NCBI GenBank assembly: GCA_946965045.2
Contig: OX337237.1
Location: 3,224,001 to 3,288,000, forward strand
Origin: Epithemia pelagica
Taxonomy: Eukaryota; Protista; Bacillariophyta
Length of the DNA: 64,000 nucleotides
Direction of reading: 5' to 3'
Shown: one piece after another, positions 30,251-42,967 of the stretch
How positions within the stretch are numbered: the first letter of the stretch is position 1
Layout: each line of letters opens with the position of its first letter
The notes under the pieces: generated by a model
What the model was told of the DNA's origin: nothing
Database searches by the model: none
What the model saw: the letters and a program-made list of their open reading frames with translations, nothing else
Made by a program: the position numbers and the translations under genes

Positions 30251-32320
30251 ATGAGCGCACCACAAGGATCCAAGGCTGGAGCCGAAGGTGACGTAAAGCT
30301 GTCGGCGTCGTCGGTACCTCCTACCACGTACGGAAAGTTCCAGGTAGGGTTCAATCAAGAATTCGAACTGGACAGAAAGTGCTCGGTGAAGTTGCCCGAT
30401 TTGTTTGTGAGAAATGCACAAGACGGCTTGTTGCGTTTCAAGGTCGAAGATGATATTCTTGACCTAGAAAGCTGCCTCTGTGCAGTTCGCAAGGAAGATG
30501 ACAAATTCTTGCCTCCTCGGATTTTCGTTCGGAAGCACTTGAACCGAGCCCTGTTGCTCCGACAGACCGAGGACCACAGACCAACCGTTGTTTTCGGTTC
30601 TCCGGGAGTTGGAAAGTCGGTCTTTTGCTTTCTGGCCGCCATCGCGTCCGCCTTTCTAGAGAGAAACAAGACCGTCTTGTATGTGCGCAAGGTCGAAGCC
30701 GACGAAGAACCGAGTATCTCTCTTTTTTGGATAACTGAGGTCGGTGAAGAAAAGGTCGAAATTGTTGCAAGTCGAAACATTAACGAGGCTTTTAGCATTC
30801 GAAACGTTTGCAGAGCCATAAACCTCGCAATTTTCAAAGGGCAGGTTAACTTGGCTAACAGTCCGACCGAGAATGGTGTTAAAATTATTGTTGATGGGCC
30901 ACAGTATGCCGATAAATTGCATCCGAGAGGATCCGATCTCGTGACCAGTGGAGGGTGCCCGCCACAGAAGCAGCAGAACATGGCCCAATGGCAATTCCCC
31001 ATCGATGTTTGGTCATTCGACCAAACATACAAAGCGCTCAAAAGCCTCTACAAGTGTACCCGTGCCACAGTCGAGAAGATTTTTGATACGACAGGCGGCA
31101 GCATCCGGCTTGCCACCAAGTGTTCCACTAACTCGGGAAAAGTGGATGAAAAGACACTTTCCGACACCCAAAAATGGATGGAGCGCGTCGTCGAAGCGCA
31201 GGGAAATAGTTTTGTGGTCGACATGGCTTTTCACAGAACTAAACTGTCTTCAGACGAGTACAGTATGAATCGTCTCCGCTCGATGATTGTGAAGGAGGAT
31301 CAAGAAAAGACTGGCCACGTGATCTTCTTTGACACAACGCTGGTTTTAGCTTCGGCGTTTATAGCGCGTCTGCTTTGGTCGAAACTCGAAATATCCCAAG
31401 TGCTGAAAGCAATGAACTTCGCAAGAAGCACCCAAAACCAAAGTCTCTACGATTGGCATTTTGAACTCTGGTGCCACAAATTGTCCGAGCTAGCTATTGA
31501 ACAGTGGCAAAAGCAGGCCGCAGCTACCGCTACTTCTCAGCAAGCGGCGGTTGCAGCTGGCGCTTCCACTGCTTCGCAGCCAGTCACCGGAGCTTCCGTC
31601 CAGGGCGCTTGCGGCGCAGCGGCGTTACCAACTACCCCGTCTCCCGCTTTTGTGCAGGCGATTGGAAGTGGAAAAGAAGGAATCAAATCACTCAACGCGG
31701 TGTGGCTCTACTGGAAACCCAGCATCCCCAACTTTGCCAACATTGACTCGGCAATTCTTCTTGGAGATGGAACGTTGTGTTGCAACCAATACACCGTCGA
31801 CGATACGCACGCCTTCGACGTGCTGACATTCTTGCATGGGTTCTTCTACAACATCCCTGTTAATGTTCTGAATCAAGTGCGGAAGATCAAAGTCGTCTTT
31901 GTCGTCCCGAATGGCGTGGTATTCTCCGCTGTCCGTATCCCACTGACGCAGAAGACGCTTTGTCAGAGCTACATCCAACAATCGGGAGCCATGGCTCCTT
32001 CGGGGGCGATGGTTCCAACGATCAAGTATGTGAAACCCAAGTCAGCGAAAGCACCTTCTGTCCCGCTGCAAATATCCTTAGCAGAGGCGCAGACGGGAAT
32101 TGAGTCTATGGATACGGACAGTTCCTATTTGACAAAAGATGACGACACCTCGTCATTTGACGACTCTTTTGATGATGAAACGTGGTTCTCGGAGACCGTG
32201 GACATGACCGATACCAACCAGCCTACCATTTTGGTGGAGTTCGAAGTGTTATCCGTGCCTACTGATGCTAGCCCCGACAACTTTCCGCTCTTCACCCTCC
32301 CTCCCGTCCCCCGAGGCTGA
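30251..32320 (+). CDS. Crinkler/RHS-like protein: P-loop NTPase plus C-terminal restriction-endonuclease-fold domain
   Basis: Intronless ORF with ATG at 30251. It has Walker A GSPGVGKS, Walker B-like IIVDG, TGGSIR, and C-terminal YWKPSIPNFANIDS...NQYTVDDTH resembling CR-REase motifs. No signal peptide. Confidence 0.7.
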   Translation: MSAPQGSKAGAEGDVKLSASSVPPTTYGKFQVGFNQEFELDRKCSVKLPDLFVRNAQDGLLRFKVEDDILDLESCLCAVRKEDDKFLPPRIFVRKHLNRALLLRQTEDHRPTVVFGSPGVGKSVFCFLAAIASAFLERNKTVLYVRKVEADEEPSISLFWITEVGEEKVEIVASRNINEAFSIRNVCRAINLAIFKGQVNLANSPTENGVKIIVDGPQYADKLHPRGSDLVTSGGCPPQKQQNMAQWQFPIDVWSFDQTYKALKSLYKCTRATVEKIFDTTGGSIRLATKCSTNSGKVDEKTLSDTQKWMERVVEAQGNSFVVDMAFHRTKLSSDEYSMNRLRSMIVKEDQEKTGHVIFFDTTLVLASAFIARLLWSKLEISQVLKAMNFARSTQNQSLYDWHFELWCHKLSELAIEQWQKQAAATATSQQAAVAAGASTASQPVTGASVQGACGAAALPTTPSPAFVQAIGSGKEGIKSLNAVWLYWKPSIPNFANIDSAILLGDGTLCCNQYTVDDTHAFDVLTFLHGFFYNIPVNVLNQVRKIKVVFVVPNGVVFSAVRIPLTQKTLCQSYIQQSGAMAPSGAMVPTIKYVKPKSAKAPSVPLQISLAEAQTGIESMDTDSSYLTKDDDTSSFDDSFDDETWFSETVDMTDTNQPTILVEFEVLSVPTDASPDNFPLFTLPPVPRG

Positions 32321-32883
32321 GCGACTGGCTTGAAAAAGGTAGAGGAGTTGTGTCCCCAAGCAAGATACATTGTCATTTTCTTCATTGGTATAGTCGATAT
32401 TAGCATTGTTGACGTTAGTACTGTCATGATCGCCACGTTCAGTATGTGGACGACGATAACTAGTCACAGACGCGTGCATACTCTCGCTCGACGAAGCAGA
32501 GTTATCCGCTTTATTGTTCCCTCGGGCATACGGTAATACGATTGGCGATCCTACGGCAGGGGATCCGTATCGCAGTAGCTTTGGACAGCTCCTTGCGTCA
32601 AATGAAAGGGCCATCGAGTCGATTACACGGTCGGTCGACTCGATTACACGAATAGCCGAGCGCAACCACGAGGCTCTGCAACAAGCACTATTTGGTGTAT
32701 CATTGGGGTTAGCCCTGTATCCACGTCTACGACGGCCACGACCACTATCACGAGAAATGGGCACACGGGGTGTGTTCGATGCCAACGATTGATTATGCAC
32801 CATTCACGAGAGTACCGTTGTTTTAGTGTTGCTGGTTGCTGAACAGTAGCCAAGTGCACAAAAAACGCTGGTTTTGCTCTTTT

Positions 32884-33255
32884 ATTTGTTTCTCTCAGGT
32901 TCTTCTCATGTCGAAAAGAATAGTGATCAATCGACTGCCATGTCCGCAATCGGTCAATGCATCCGTTTGGTTTTCCCATTGGTTGTTGTAACATCCACTA
33001 AAAAGAAGTGTTATTGCCTTTGCCTGTACTAGTCCTAGCCAGCTGAGCAAAAGTACGAGGTGCAAGACCTTGCAAGGTGATTGCCATCAATGGTGGTCCG
33101 AGTGGCCAAGCTTCTCTTGATAGATCTATGGCCATTGTTGCTACCGGATCTACCCCATTATTGTCGCTCAAAGAAAGTGCGACACGACGAGTTCGGGGTT
33201 GGATGAGAGAATAGTCAGTCCCGGGTCAGTTCCGAATACGCGCGTACCTCGCCCA
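32884..33255 (+). repeat. Diverged ~370-bp direct repeat, copy 2
   Basis: Colinear with 26576-26945. Confidence 0.88.
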
Positions 33256-34026
33256 AATTCTGTGTCCTGGCGATGACTGTGATGAGTGCGCTAGATCGTA
33301 GTTGATTTCCATCGATCTTATCCTTACGGTCGCTCACACTCGAGCGTGAACCGAGCGCTGACGCGTGTGTCAGAACATTTATGATCAACGACACACACAA
33401 GAGATCTTTGACGCAAAAGATCCCCCCACAACGACCACTACAGCAACAATATCCTACACATGTCTTCTCATCGATCAACACCAGAAAAAGCGGGAGAGAA
33501 AGAACAACAATTCAGCACAAGACACCCTTGCCATCTCATTGTCGTTTGCACCCAAAAACTTGAGGTTTCTTCTTCTTCTTCTTTTCTGTTGTTTTTGCAA
33601 AGTCATTGCCATTGCATCGAGTTCCTATTGATCCCTCTGTAAGAAGAGGTGGCGTAAGGAGCAGAGCATCCACACTGGGCCAGAAAAACGAGAATCGCAA
33701 CGACGAGGAATTGACACTTTTTTTTCTCAAACGTGTGTTGGCGGTGGACTGTCGTGATCGAGTGCCGGTGAGTATCAATGATCCTCGTTGTGTATTCCAT
33801 CTTGTTTGGCCTGAGTGACAAGGGACTCTCATGATTTGCTGCCGAACGTTCTTCTCTTGTGTGTGTGTGTTCTGCGAACCAATTTTCAAGGTTTCTGGTA
33901 AACCCAAAGTGTTCGTTTCGTTCGGCTTGCGGATTCTATGCCATAGAACTTTGTCCTCCTCTACTTGGATTGGAGCTCCATTCTCGTGTGTCCCTTTGTA
34001 ACATCGTGGGTCGTGGGTGTGCAATT

Positions 34027-35835
34027 ATGTCGACCGCCACCGCAACCACCACCACTACCGCTACTTCTACTGCGAGTGGTACGTACCAAAAAAGAGGCCT
34101 GTTGGTGTTGGTCTCATGACAGGGTTTATATTTATTATGTATTCTCATTTGTTTTGGTATTCGTTGCTTGGAATGGTGATCATCATATTTTTGGATTCCT
34201 GGAACTTGGTTCTTGACCGCTTTGATTCTATCCTTGCTACCCCTTGCAGTATCCAGACCTTCCCCGCTGCAATCCCGTCCTACCACACTCCAAACAGAAG
34301 CATCTTTGTTGGATTCTGGTTCCATGGAACTGCCGCTTGCTGGAGGTGCGAGTCACGTAGCCAGAAAGGGTCCAACGTCGGATTCCGTGATGAGCCAAGG
34401 CTCCTTGACACGAGCGGATCGCAGTCCATGGAAGAACCGTCGTCTTCAAAGCAGTGATCGAGCCTGGAGTGCACCGTCGTTGAGCAGCCCCACGCAATCC
34501 CCCCGTTTGACGAATACTATTTTGTCGACTCCATCCAAAGACACCTCATCTTCCTCGTCCCAGGCACACCAGGGCAGTCCGGACGGATCTTCGACTACCA
34601 CAACCAGCGCTAGCAGTAGTGCTACCAGCAACTCCTCGTCCGAAACCTCCTTGTCTCTTTCGAGTGCGACCGACTGGGTGGTACCGGCCATGGCTCCAGC
34701 GTTGGCAGCTTCCTCCTCGCCAACCTCGTCTCCGCTGTGGATGGTTCGTCCTCGGCCACGCCTGCGACCCCTGACCCTGTTGGGACGTACCAGCAGTTGG
34801 GTCGATGCGTCGTCCCGTGAGCATGACTTGACACGGTGGCAATCACGTCTCTTGGTGTCGTCGTCCGAGGCCACACCACCCACCAACCACTATCAGCGCA
34901 TTATGATGATGAAATTGATTGCCGCCCTCCCGCACAATCACTCCAAGAAAAAGACCCAAACTCCCAAAGTGGTGTCCTCATCTGCTTGTTCCCAAGAGTC
35001 CTTAGACGACGACGTGGCTCCCAGTTCATCCGAACGCACAAGGGTCAAGACTGATGCTCCACGTTCTTCTCCGGTTGCCGCTGCTGCGGCTATCAAGAAA
35101 AAGAAGACCCCCAAGTCGATTGGCCTGACTCCGGCAGCGGCCTTGGCCCAAACCAAGGCGGCCCTCAAGCTCAACAATTCCATGGTGTACTTGGCCGGCC
35201 CGGGTGTGTATTCCTGTCATGCCTGTCGGACCCACTTGACGACGCACGACGATATCATTAGCAAGTCCTTTCAGGGTCGGCACGGACGGGCCTTTTTGCT
35301 CGATCATGCCGTCAATGTCAAGATTGGACCTTCGGAAGATCGACTGCTCATGACGGGATTGCACAGTGTTTGCGACTTGTTTTGTCAACGATGCCAAACT
35401 CTGGTGGGATGGACCTATCAAAAGGCCTATGAAGCCTCACAAAAGTACAAGGAAGGCAAGTTTATTATCGAAAAGATTCATTTGTATCAAGAAGATAAAG
35501 AAGAGGAATGGGAAGAGGACGACAACGACACACAGGTGACTGCTGGTAACCCATCCCTGGTGGATTTGCGAAGCGAACATGATTGGGAACTGTCCTTGTC
35601 CTATTCACGAAGGAATGATCGGACACGACGACGACGACCGCAACGACGTCGACAAACCTCGAGCCGTGAAATGGTGGCTCCCTGGTCTCTGTCCGAGCCA
35701 CACGTGGTGTATGAGTACGGATCCACTCCTCTGGATTGGCATTCGGCCTCCACTTTGTCCTCCTCCTCATCGTCGTCGTCGTCGTCACCGACCATGTGTG
35801 CCAATAGCTTCTCCTTGACCAGTGCCAAGAATTAG
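34027..35835 (+). CDS. Yippee/YPEL-family zinc-binding protein with long disordered extensions; exons 34027-34078 and 34250-35835
   Basis: The Yippee domain reads YSCHACRTHL...SKSFQGRHGRAFL...RLLMTGLHSVCDLFCQRCQTLVGWTY.KAYE.SQKYKEGKFIIEK. A phase-1 GTACGT...TTGCAG intron joins an upstream ATG exon in frame. Confidence 0.9.
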
Positions 35836-36324
35836 GCAAGAAGGTCCAGCGATACTGGTGGTTCCAAACAATACAGAGAGGCTCAAGAGGACAAGGACAA
35901 TGGGAAAGTCCTTGTCGACCCCTGGCTCTCCAGAAAGGACGGGCATCAGTCTTTGGAGAATGATCCAAATGTTGTCAAAAATATCCACCAGTGGTTGCTT
36001 GCTTGTTTGTGTCTATATGTGCGTCCCACATTCCAAACAGTGAATTGTTCTAGGCGGACGACGACACACACTAACAGTCGAGGTATCCAGCAACGTATCA
36101 ACAAAGGCGATATCTCTACATGATGCATACATGATAATGGTTTCGATATACTATATATAAGGTAGAATGCTATTAGCTTTTTTCTCCCACAGCCCCATTT
36201 TATGCACTAGCATAGGTACGCCTAAGGATTTGGGGCGAATTCAGCAAGCAAGGGGCTTGAAAAAAGTGGTAGCGTCTGTACATATAAAGTGAGTCAATGA
36301 ATATGTATAAGAGAGCCATGAAAG

Positions 36325-37781
36325 ACCTGTTCCAATCAGAGATGAAGGATTCCTATCTTGGCTGAAACCAGGAGGCCAAGGGAGTCATCATGTGTCCATC
36401 CGGATGCAACAAGAGTGCTTGCTGCTGAGGTTGTTGTAGTGAAGAAGACTGTGGTTGGGATGATCCAAACACGAGCCAAGCGACACTGGATAGAACCACA
36501 AGTGTAATAATCAGCAAGGCGACATCCAACCATGTCACGGCAAACGGCTTGTTGTTTTCGTGTTCGAGTTGCTCCTGTTCGAGTGCCGCTTGGCGTTGTC
36601 GTCGTGCTTCCCGTCGCTCGCGTCGTTCTTGTTCCTTGCGTTGCTCCTCATTGGCTCGCGCCTTGGCCGCCGCTTGCGTGGCCAATTGCGATTGTATTTG
36701 TTGATGGTGTTTGAGAGTCTTTTGTTCTTGCAGATATTCTTGGTGTTGCACCAAATCGGCACCCAATAAGCCACCACCAACCATGACCACCATGGGAGGA
36801 ATGGCATCCTCATCATGGTCACTTTCTGCATGGAGGAGTGGATCGCAACGACGAGACTGGGCCAACCACGAGGACAACAACGACGAGGAAGCTTGTTCTT
36901 GTCCTTGTTCCTGCTGCAACTCATCCAGATTTGGTGGCTGGTCGCTATGGATAGGAGGATTGCTGTGCGAGGAGGAAAAGGATTGCGAATCGGATGGAAC
37001 CACGGCCGCTGTGGATTCTTCTTGTTCTTGTGTGCGGTTGGACCATTGCAACCATTGATGTGTGGTCGAAATGGCACGTGCGGCAGGAGAGGCTGGGGCC
37101 ATTTCGTCTGGAGAAAAGTTGTTGACGTTGTCGACGTCCTTATGGTTGTCGTTGGACAACCTTTGGGTTTCCAATCTCAAGATATCCAAAATGGCATCTG
37201 CTTGCAAAGACAATTGTTCAATTTCGTCCCGAGGCTTGTTGGTCGTAGTAGAAGTTTTTGTAGCCATGGTGTCGTTGCCACTGTCGTTGTGATTTTGCGA
37301 ATGAAACACCACGTGTAGTATGAGCACAAACAGACGGATGAGACGCTTGGATATCGAATTCAATGCACCAAAAAGAAGAGGAACAAGCACCAGAAGTAGC
37401 AGCAGCACTCTCGAATAGAGCGAAACCTCGAAGCTAATATCCCTTTGGACTCTGCTTGGATCCTTATTATTCTGAGATTGTGATGATGTGTGTCAATGAT
37501 GTGTTTCGATGATCTGCTCCTTCTTTGTTGGATGTTTTGTTGCTTGGCACCAAAGAAGGGAACAAGAGAAAACAGAATCTTTTTTTTCGGTGCGTGTGTG
37601 TGTGTGTCTTGGATGAGCTGTTGTTCGAGCCAAAAATTTGGAGGCCTCTGGTTGGTCTGTTTGTGCTCTCTTTTGGGGGGAGAGTGAGCGCCGACCGAAC
37701 AAACGGAATTTTCGAAAGATCTGGTCACAACACATCCTTCGAATTTCGAGCCGGCCTTGCTCGGGGGGGACGGACAGACGG
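36325..37781 (-). repeat. Copy 2 of the inverted segmental duplication (partner 224-1705)
   Basis: Reverse-complement similarity to 224-1705. Confidence 0.9.
36353..37267 (-). CDS. Hypothetical coiled-coil/C-terminal TM protein (paralog A2 of 750-1673)
   Basis: Near-identical blocks are shared with A1: LQADAIL, HQWLQW, IPPMVVMVGGGLLG and FAVTWLDVALL. Confidence 0.7.
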   Translation of the reverse strand: MATKTSTTTNKPRDEIEQLSLQADAILDILRLETQRLSNDNHKDVDNVNNFSPDEMAPASPAARAISTTHQWLQWSNRTQEQEESTAAVVPSDSQSFSSSHSNPPIHSDQPPNLDELQQEQGQEQASSSLLSSWLAQSRRCDPLLHAESDHDEDAIPPMVVMVGGGLLGADLVQHQEYLQEQKTLKHHQQIQSQLATQAAAKARANEEQRKEQERRERREARRQRQAALEQEQLEHENNKPFAVTWLDVALLIITLVVLSSVAWLVFGSSQPQSSSLQQPQQQALLLHPDGHMMTPLASWFQPR

Positions 37782-39780
37782 TTACATAGGAGCACGAAAG
37801 CATCTATCTCCTGTGTACTCCTCTAGCTAGAGGAGAGCCTATTTCGTAGGTAGGTATAGTTAGACCCTGTTACCATTCTACCATGGCAAGGCGTTGGACA
37901 CAAAGGCACCTACCTATAGAAACCAGTGTCGGGAGTCAGAACCAACCCTCAAGTTCATGCGTTTGTACCAATTCACTCTGTGAATCGTATGGGATTATGA
38001 TTTCTGGAAGCGTATTCTGGAACGCCACAGAGATAACACTATGACTACGATCGGATTTGGGCAATCCCCACCTCGACTAAGTGCTATCTATACAGGAGAA
38101 CCAGAGAACCTGTCCTTGGACGTGGCAGGAATTCTGCAGCCGTCGTCTTGTTCGTCTTGGTGGAAAGTCTCTCGGGTTTTGGCACGCCCCAGGGACCGCC
38201 GTTTCCAACGTGACAGCCATCCCGTGCGGCGGTGGTGAACTTTTGGACCATTGTGGACACCAAGTGTAGTACTAGTAGGGTCATGCTGCGTTTCTTGTGG
38301 TAGGAGTGGTGATTGGTTGGATAATACCAACAATTTGTCCTTTGGAGTATGCTCTTGTTGTTGTTTGCTCCTTGCTTCCCTCAACTCTTGCAGCGGAGGA
38401 GAGTGCTGACTAGCACCATTTGTATGCGTAGTAGTTCCTTCTTGTGGATCCAAGAATTTATCCAAGGAATTTGCTGTCGGCCTTTCATCATTGCTTGGTC
38501 TTTGAAGCCATTAATCTCTAAAATCCTGAGCTTGCATGCGAAAGATTTCGGCTTTCACGTCATCACGCACTCCTGGAAACATATCTTCCCGAACCATGGC
38601 CTCATAAACAATATCCATAAAGGCTGGAACAAAGATTTTATGTCTCAGCACCAGAGTGAAGCAAGCTAGCCAGACATTTCGATCTCGTGGAGAATCGGCT
38701 TCGAAATGCAATGTGCCTTCCACGAAACAGAGAGAAACGCACAAGTTCTCCGACACACTCGCGGTTTCGACACTGCGCAGGGTTGTGGTGTGCTTTCCCG
38801 TCAGCACGTGCTGGATATGAGACAGTGATACTTGATGCAATGGACCTAGTTTGGGTTGGTTGGTGTCCTTTGACTTGTTTCGTGTTTCCGTTCTCCATAG
38901 AATGACATGTTCGGTCAATCGCAAACGCACAGATTTAGGCTTGTTTCCGCCAAACTTGTGCGCCACAATCAATATCCCTGGATCATAAAGTTGATGCATG
39001 GCGGCACGGAGAGTCGTTTCGTCCATATCAATCTGTGGCACAACATCTATCTGTTGCTGCGGTCTACTTGGGGAAGGAGGAGGAGAAGCACTGTGGACAG
39101 TCACAATGGACCCGAGCAACGGATCCTGGTTGTGGTGGGAAGGCAGAGGACAACAAATGGATTCCCCCTCTTCTTGTTTCTCCATGAAACGGATTATTTC
39201 ATCCACCAGCACCAGAATCAAAAAGTCGATTCCGGTCCAGAACATCAAGGGCGCGAGGATCCAAAGAAGCGAAAACGTGGCTCCCTCCAATTTACAAACA
39301 CACATGACCAAGACCAGCAACCATAGCACGGGAAACTTGAAGAGATGCCAACAACCATGATTGTTTTCAAAGAAACGTAGTACTTGTCGTTGTTCCTCCA
39401 TCTCCAAATCACTGGTGGTCTTCAAGGCGAGGCTCATGGATGATTCGTCATTTGCTACCACTGCGTGGTATGGTGTTGCCATGTTGTTGTTGTCGTCGTT
39501 TGTGACTTGCTGGCGTGGTGTGGATTCCTCCCCAGGATGTTGTTCTTGTTCTTGTTCTTGTTGTCCTTGTTTGTTTGGTTTCGTCTTGGCTTTCTTGTAG
39601 AGGTCTCGTAATCTCCGATAGGCTCGAAGAAACGCAAGGAGGATGGAGATCCACAGGGGACCAAAGACAATCCACCAACGGCACTCCAGCTGAACTTTAG
39701 TCTCGTAGACCTCCATCCGGCAAACGGCCAGCACGAAACAGATGAGACACAAGAGCAAGTGTCCCATCCATTCTCCCCTT

Positions 39781-40489
39781 TAGTAGAGATTCATCAATAC
39801 ACGCTCTAGAAGAGCCACAATCGATTACCAACTGATACCAAGGTTCTCCACGGGTCAGAGAACAAAGGAAACCCAAGGTTTCTATCGTAGGGATAGTCAG
39901 GACACTGAAGACGTGATGATATGGTAATGTTAATGATTGTGAGCTTTAGGACTACGGTGTGTGTGTGGGTGTGCAGGTCTGGTCAGGGTGCATGACTGAT
40001 ATATTCATGGCGCTGACAGGACTGGTATGGTTGGAGTAGACATGGATATTGTGTATTGGAAGTATATGCACTTGTATATCATATACCAATGCCAACAGCT
40101 CTTGCTTTGTCATGATATAGGTAGTTTCCTTGGCGCGTTGCTGTTTGCATTCTTTGATTTGTGGGAATAGAGATATGGTCTCGCGTGATCGTGATTCGTG
40201 CTTCGGTTACTTAGTCCGTTGGGCTAAGTCGTGGAGGTGCGTACTCGGATATTGATTGCGCGCGCTTGAGAATAATGGGTGCGCACGTGTTGGGCCATAA
40301 TTAATATCCGATCGGTCGCTCATAACGCATGCATTGCGAGCATGCCTTGGCCGAAATTAAAAGGTCTGCGAGCATGCCGTCATTCTTTTCTCACTTTTAC
40401 GAAAATGTCATCGGATGCCATAAAATACTAGCATCAGTCGATGAGTTGTAGATTCCACCACAACCTAGTTGTTGGTGAGAATTCTGCCA
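39781..40489 (-). repeat. 3' LTR of element 2
   Basis: Direct repeat of 45227-45935, preceded in element sense by PPT TGGGGAG (40490-40496). Confidence 0.96.
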
Positions 40490-42967
40490 CTCCCCACAAT
40501 TCGTCGAGTGAGGATTGTTATTTTCCTTTGTCGTTCTTGTGATTGTTTCCATTCCAGAAGAAGAAGAAGGTCTTGAACATCGTCTAGCATGTGGAGAATT
40601 TCCAATGTTTGCCGTGAACATCTTCTGGATTGGTGTATAAAAACGTCTGAGGCAGTTGATAATAAATCCATCATTCTTGAGTGTAAAGTTGTTGCAGATA
40701 CCTTCAGAGCTCTTCTCCCCGGGTGCTTTCTTCATCCAAACATTGGGAATTGCTTTACTTGGTGACAAATCCATATCAAGAAAGACATCAAATAAACAGT
40801 CATGTTGACGTTCTCCTGACAAATTGAATCCATTTGAGGTCTTGTAGTAGGTAACCAAGGTGTGACATAATTCCTTGAGTTCTTGTCTTGCGACTATCAA
40901 GGTCTTCTCCCCAGCTAAAGCTTTCAGGTTGCATGCATTTCCAATGTATGCTCTCCATATATCCATATCATTGAGAGGCCCAAGGTAGATGGTAGTATGG
41001 AAGTTGCAAAAGGAAATAGCACATGGACAGATTGCCTCAACTGGTTCTTTGGTAAAATGTTCACACGTGACGAGAAGTGCCTTGCATCTATCATCATGTT
41101 TCACACGATAGACTTGAATCTTGTTGTGATACTCTTCTTGTGCATCTAACATTTTCCCAAGATGGACTTGAACTTGATCATGATCCTTCAATGTCTTGAG
41201 TGATTGAATCTGTGAGGGTCCAAAATTGGTAGTGTCTTGCCACTTGTTTTTGCCATGTTGCTTGTCTAAAACAATTGCTTCTTTGTGTGTCTGTGGAACG
41301 TGTGGGTAACCAAACTTGTACTTGACAAAAAGACTGAGTTGCTTGATTCTTGACTGCTGTTTAGCAGCTTGAATGAGGCATTCACTGATCTTGACAAAAT
41401 GCTTGAAATGCTTCCATCCAAGTTCATTCAGTAGGTCATGTTTCTTGCCATAGACAATGGTTATGGTGGGTGTTGGAGGCTCAAAGATCATCTCCCCAGT
41501 CTCCCAATCAACAAGTTCATTCCAGCGACTTCCTTTGTAGTCAGGGTTGTTATTACTGCTTGAAGGTCCTTGATGTATGACAACATCTCTGAATTGGAAA
41601 ACAACATCTTCAGTTGCCTGTTCCTGGTTGTCCTGTCCATTGTATTCCACAAGTTGACTGCATGAGATCACCTTCTTGTCAATATTGGAATTGTGTTTGC
41701 AGAAAATGTACTTCTTGATACATGCTTCTTGCTTGAAAGCGTCTTGTTCTAAATTGACGTGTTGGATTATACATGCTTGTTGTTGCTCCCCATTTCCCTC
41801 TGCTGGTTTGTAAGGAAACGCTTGTCCAAAAATTTTGTCGCAGTTCTTGATCGTAGGCATTTGTGCGGATGGATCTTCACCTTTGCTACAAATGAAAACG
41901 GTGTCAGCTTGCTTGTCATTGGGTTTATTTGGAAGTGACTCCTCCCCTGAAGAGGCATCCGGACAAAGATAGGGTGCATAAGATTCGGTACAGGAGAAGA
42001 CCTTGTCGCAGAGAAGGAAGAAAAGGGGTTGGGAAAAATTGGGAGGGCGACCATTGAGGATCTGAAGAGGAAGATGACCAGAAACGTTTATGATGACGTA
42101 AGGCATCTTCTTAACGGTAGGATAACGCTTCTCAGTCCTCATGTTGTGATGTTGATGGTACAGTTTGGAACAAGAGTCTCCAATAAGGTGTGAGGAGAAG
42201 GAAGGTGTATCAGGTCCATGATCGTAAGGTAAATCCAAAAGGTGAGTGAGGTTACAGACATCACGATCAGTGTACTCCCCATAATTGTCATTGTCATATG
42301 GGTGATGCGTCGTACTACCATCAGTGTTGACTTGTTGCCAGTTAGAAGCACTGTCAGGTGATGAGGCAGGATGCAAATGATCTAAAACACCAGGATCCCA
42401 GATGTCAGGTGACGTGAAGATGATTTGGGGTAATGTGTCCATGTCATCATCTCTGGGGATACCAAGGGAGTGGATGTATGATAATCCATTTTTGCTGTGA
42501 AGAGGGATAGCACGTCTACCAAGTATAGTGATGCATTGTTTGCCATCAACTTTAGCAGATCTGTCCATGTCGTCATCAGAAGGAACACCCAAATACTGAA
42601 TATAGGCAAGACCATCCTTGATACAGAGAGGTAAAGCACGTCCATCAAGAGTAGTGATGCGTTGCTTCCCATCCACCTTGATAGAACGTTCATCCACAGA
42701 TAGTCCATAATGTTCTAATTGGCAAGGCGCATGTATAGACTGTCCTTTTCCATAGTATGCATATTCGTTGAAGATGCCGACGATTGGCCCGTCATTAGTT
42801 TCAAATTTGGCAGCACAAGTGACAATAGGGAGACCAGTAAGCTCATGGTTGTCGATTCCCACAGTCGTGATGTTACGACCTGTCTTGGAAAGGATACGCA
42901 TATCAGCTCCGGCTAAACCACCATTGGCACCGCGATCGATGAGTTGATTCCCAGTATAGGTTGACTT
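40397..42967 (-). pseudogene. pol: Degenerate pol of element 2: protease retained, integrase core, RT YVDD and RNase H absent
   Basis: In frame with gag after a single TGA (MFS*KSTYTGNQLIDRGANGG). Eroded remnants include HQGP...YKGSRWNELVDWETGE, KYKFG and VKHDDRCKA. The protease region has an internal tandem duplication (KVDGKQ...DDDMD x2). Confidence 0.85.
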
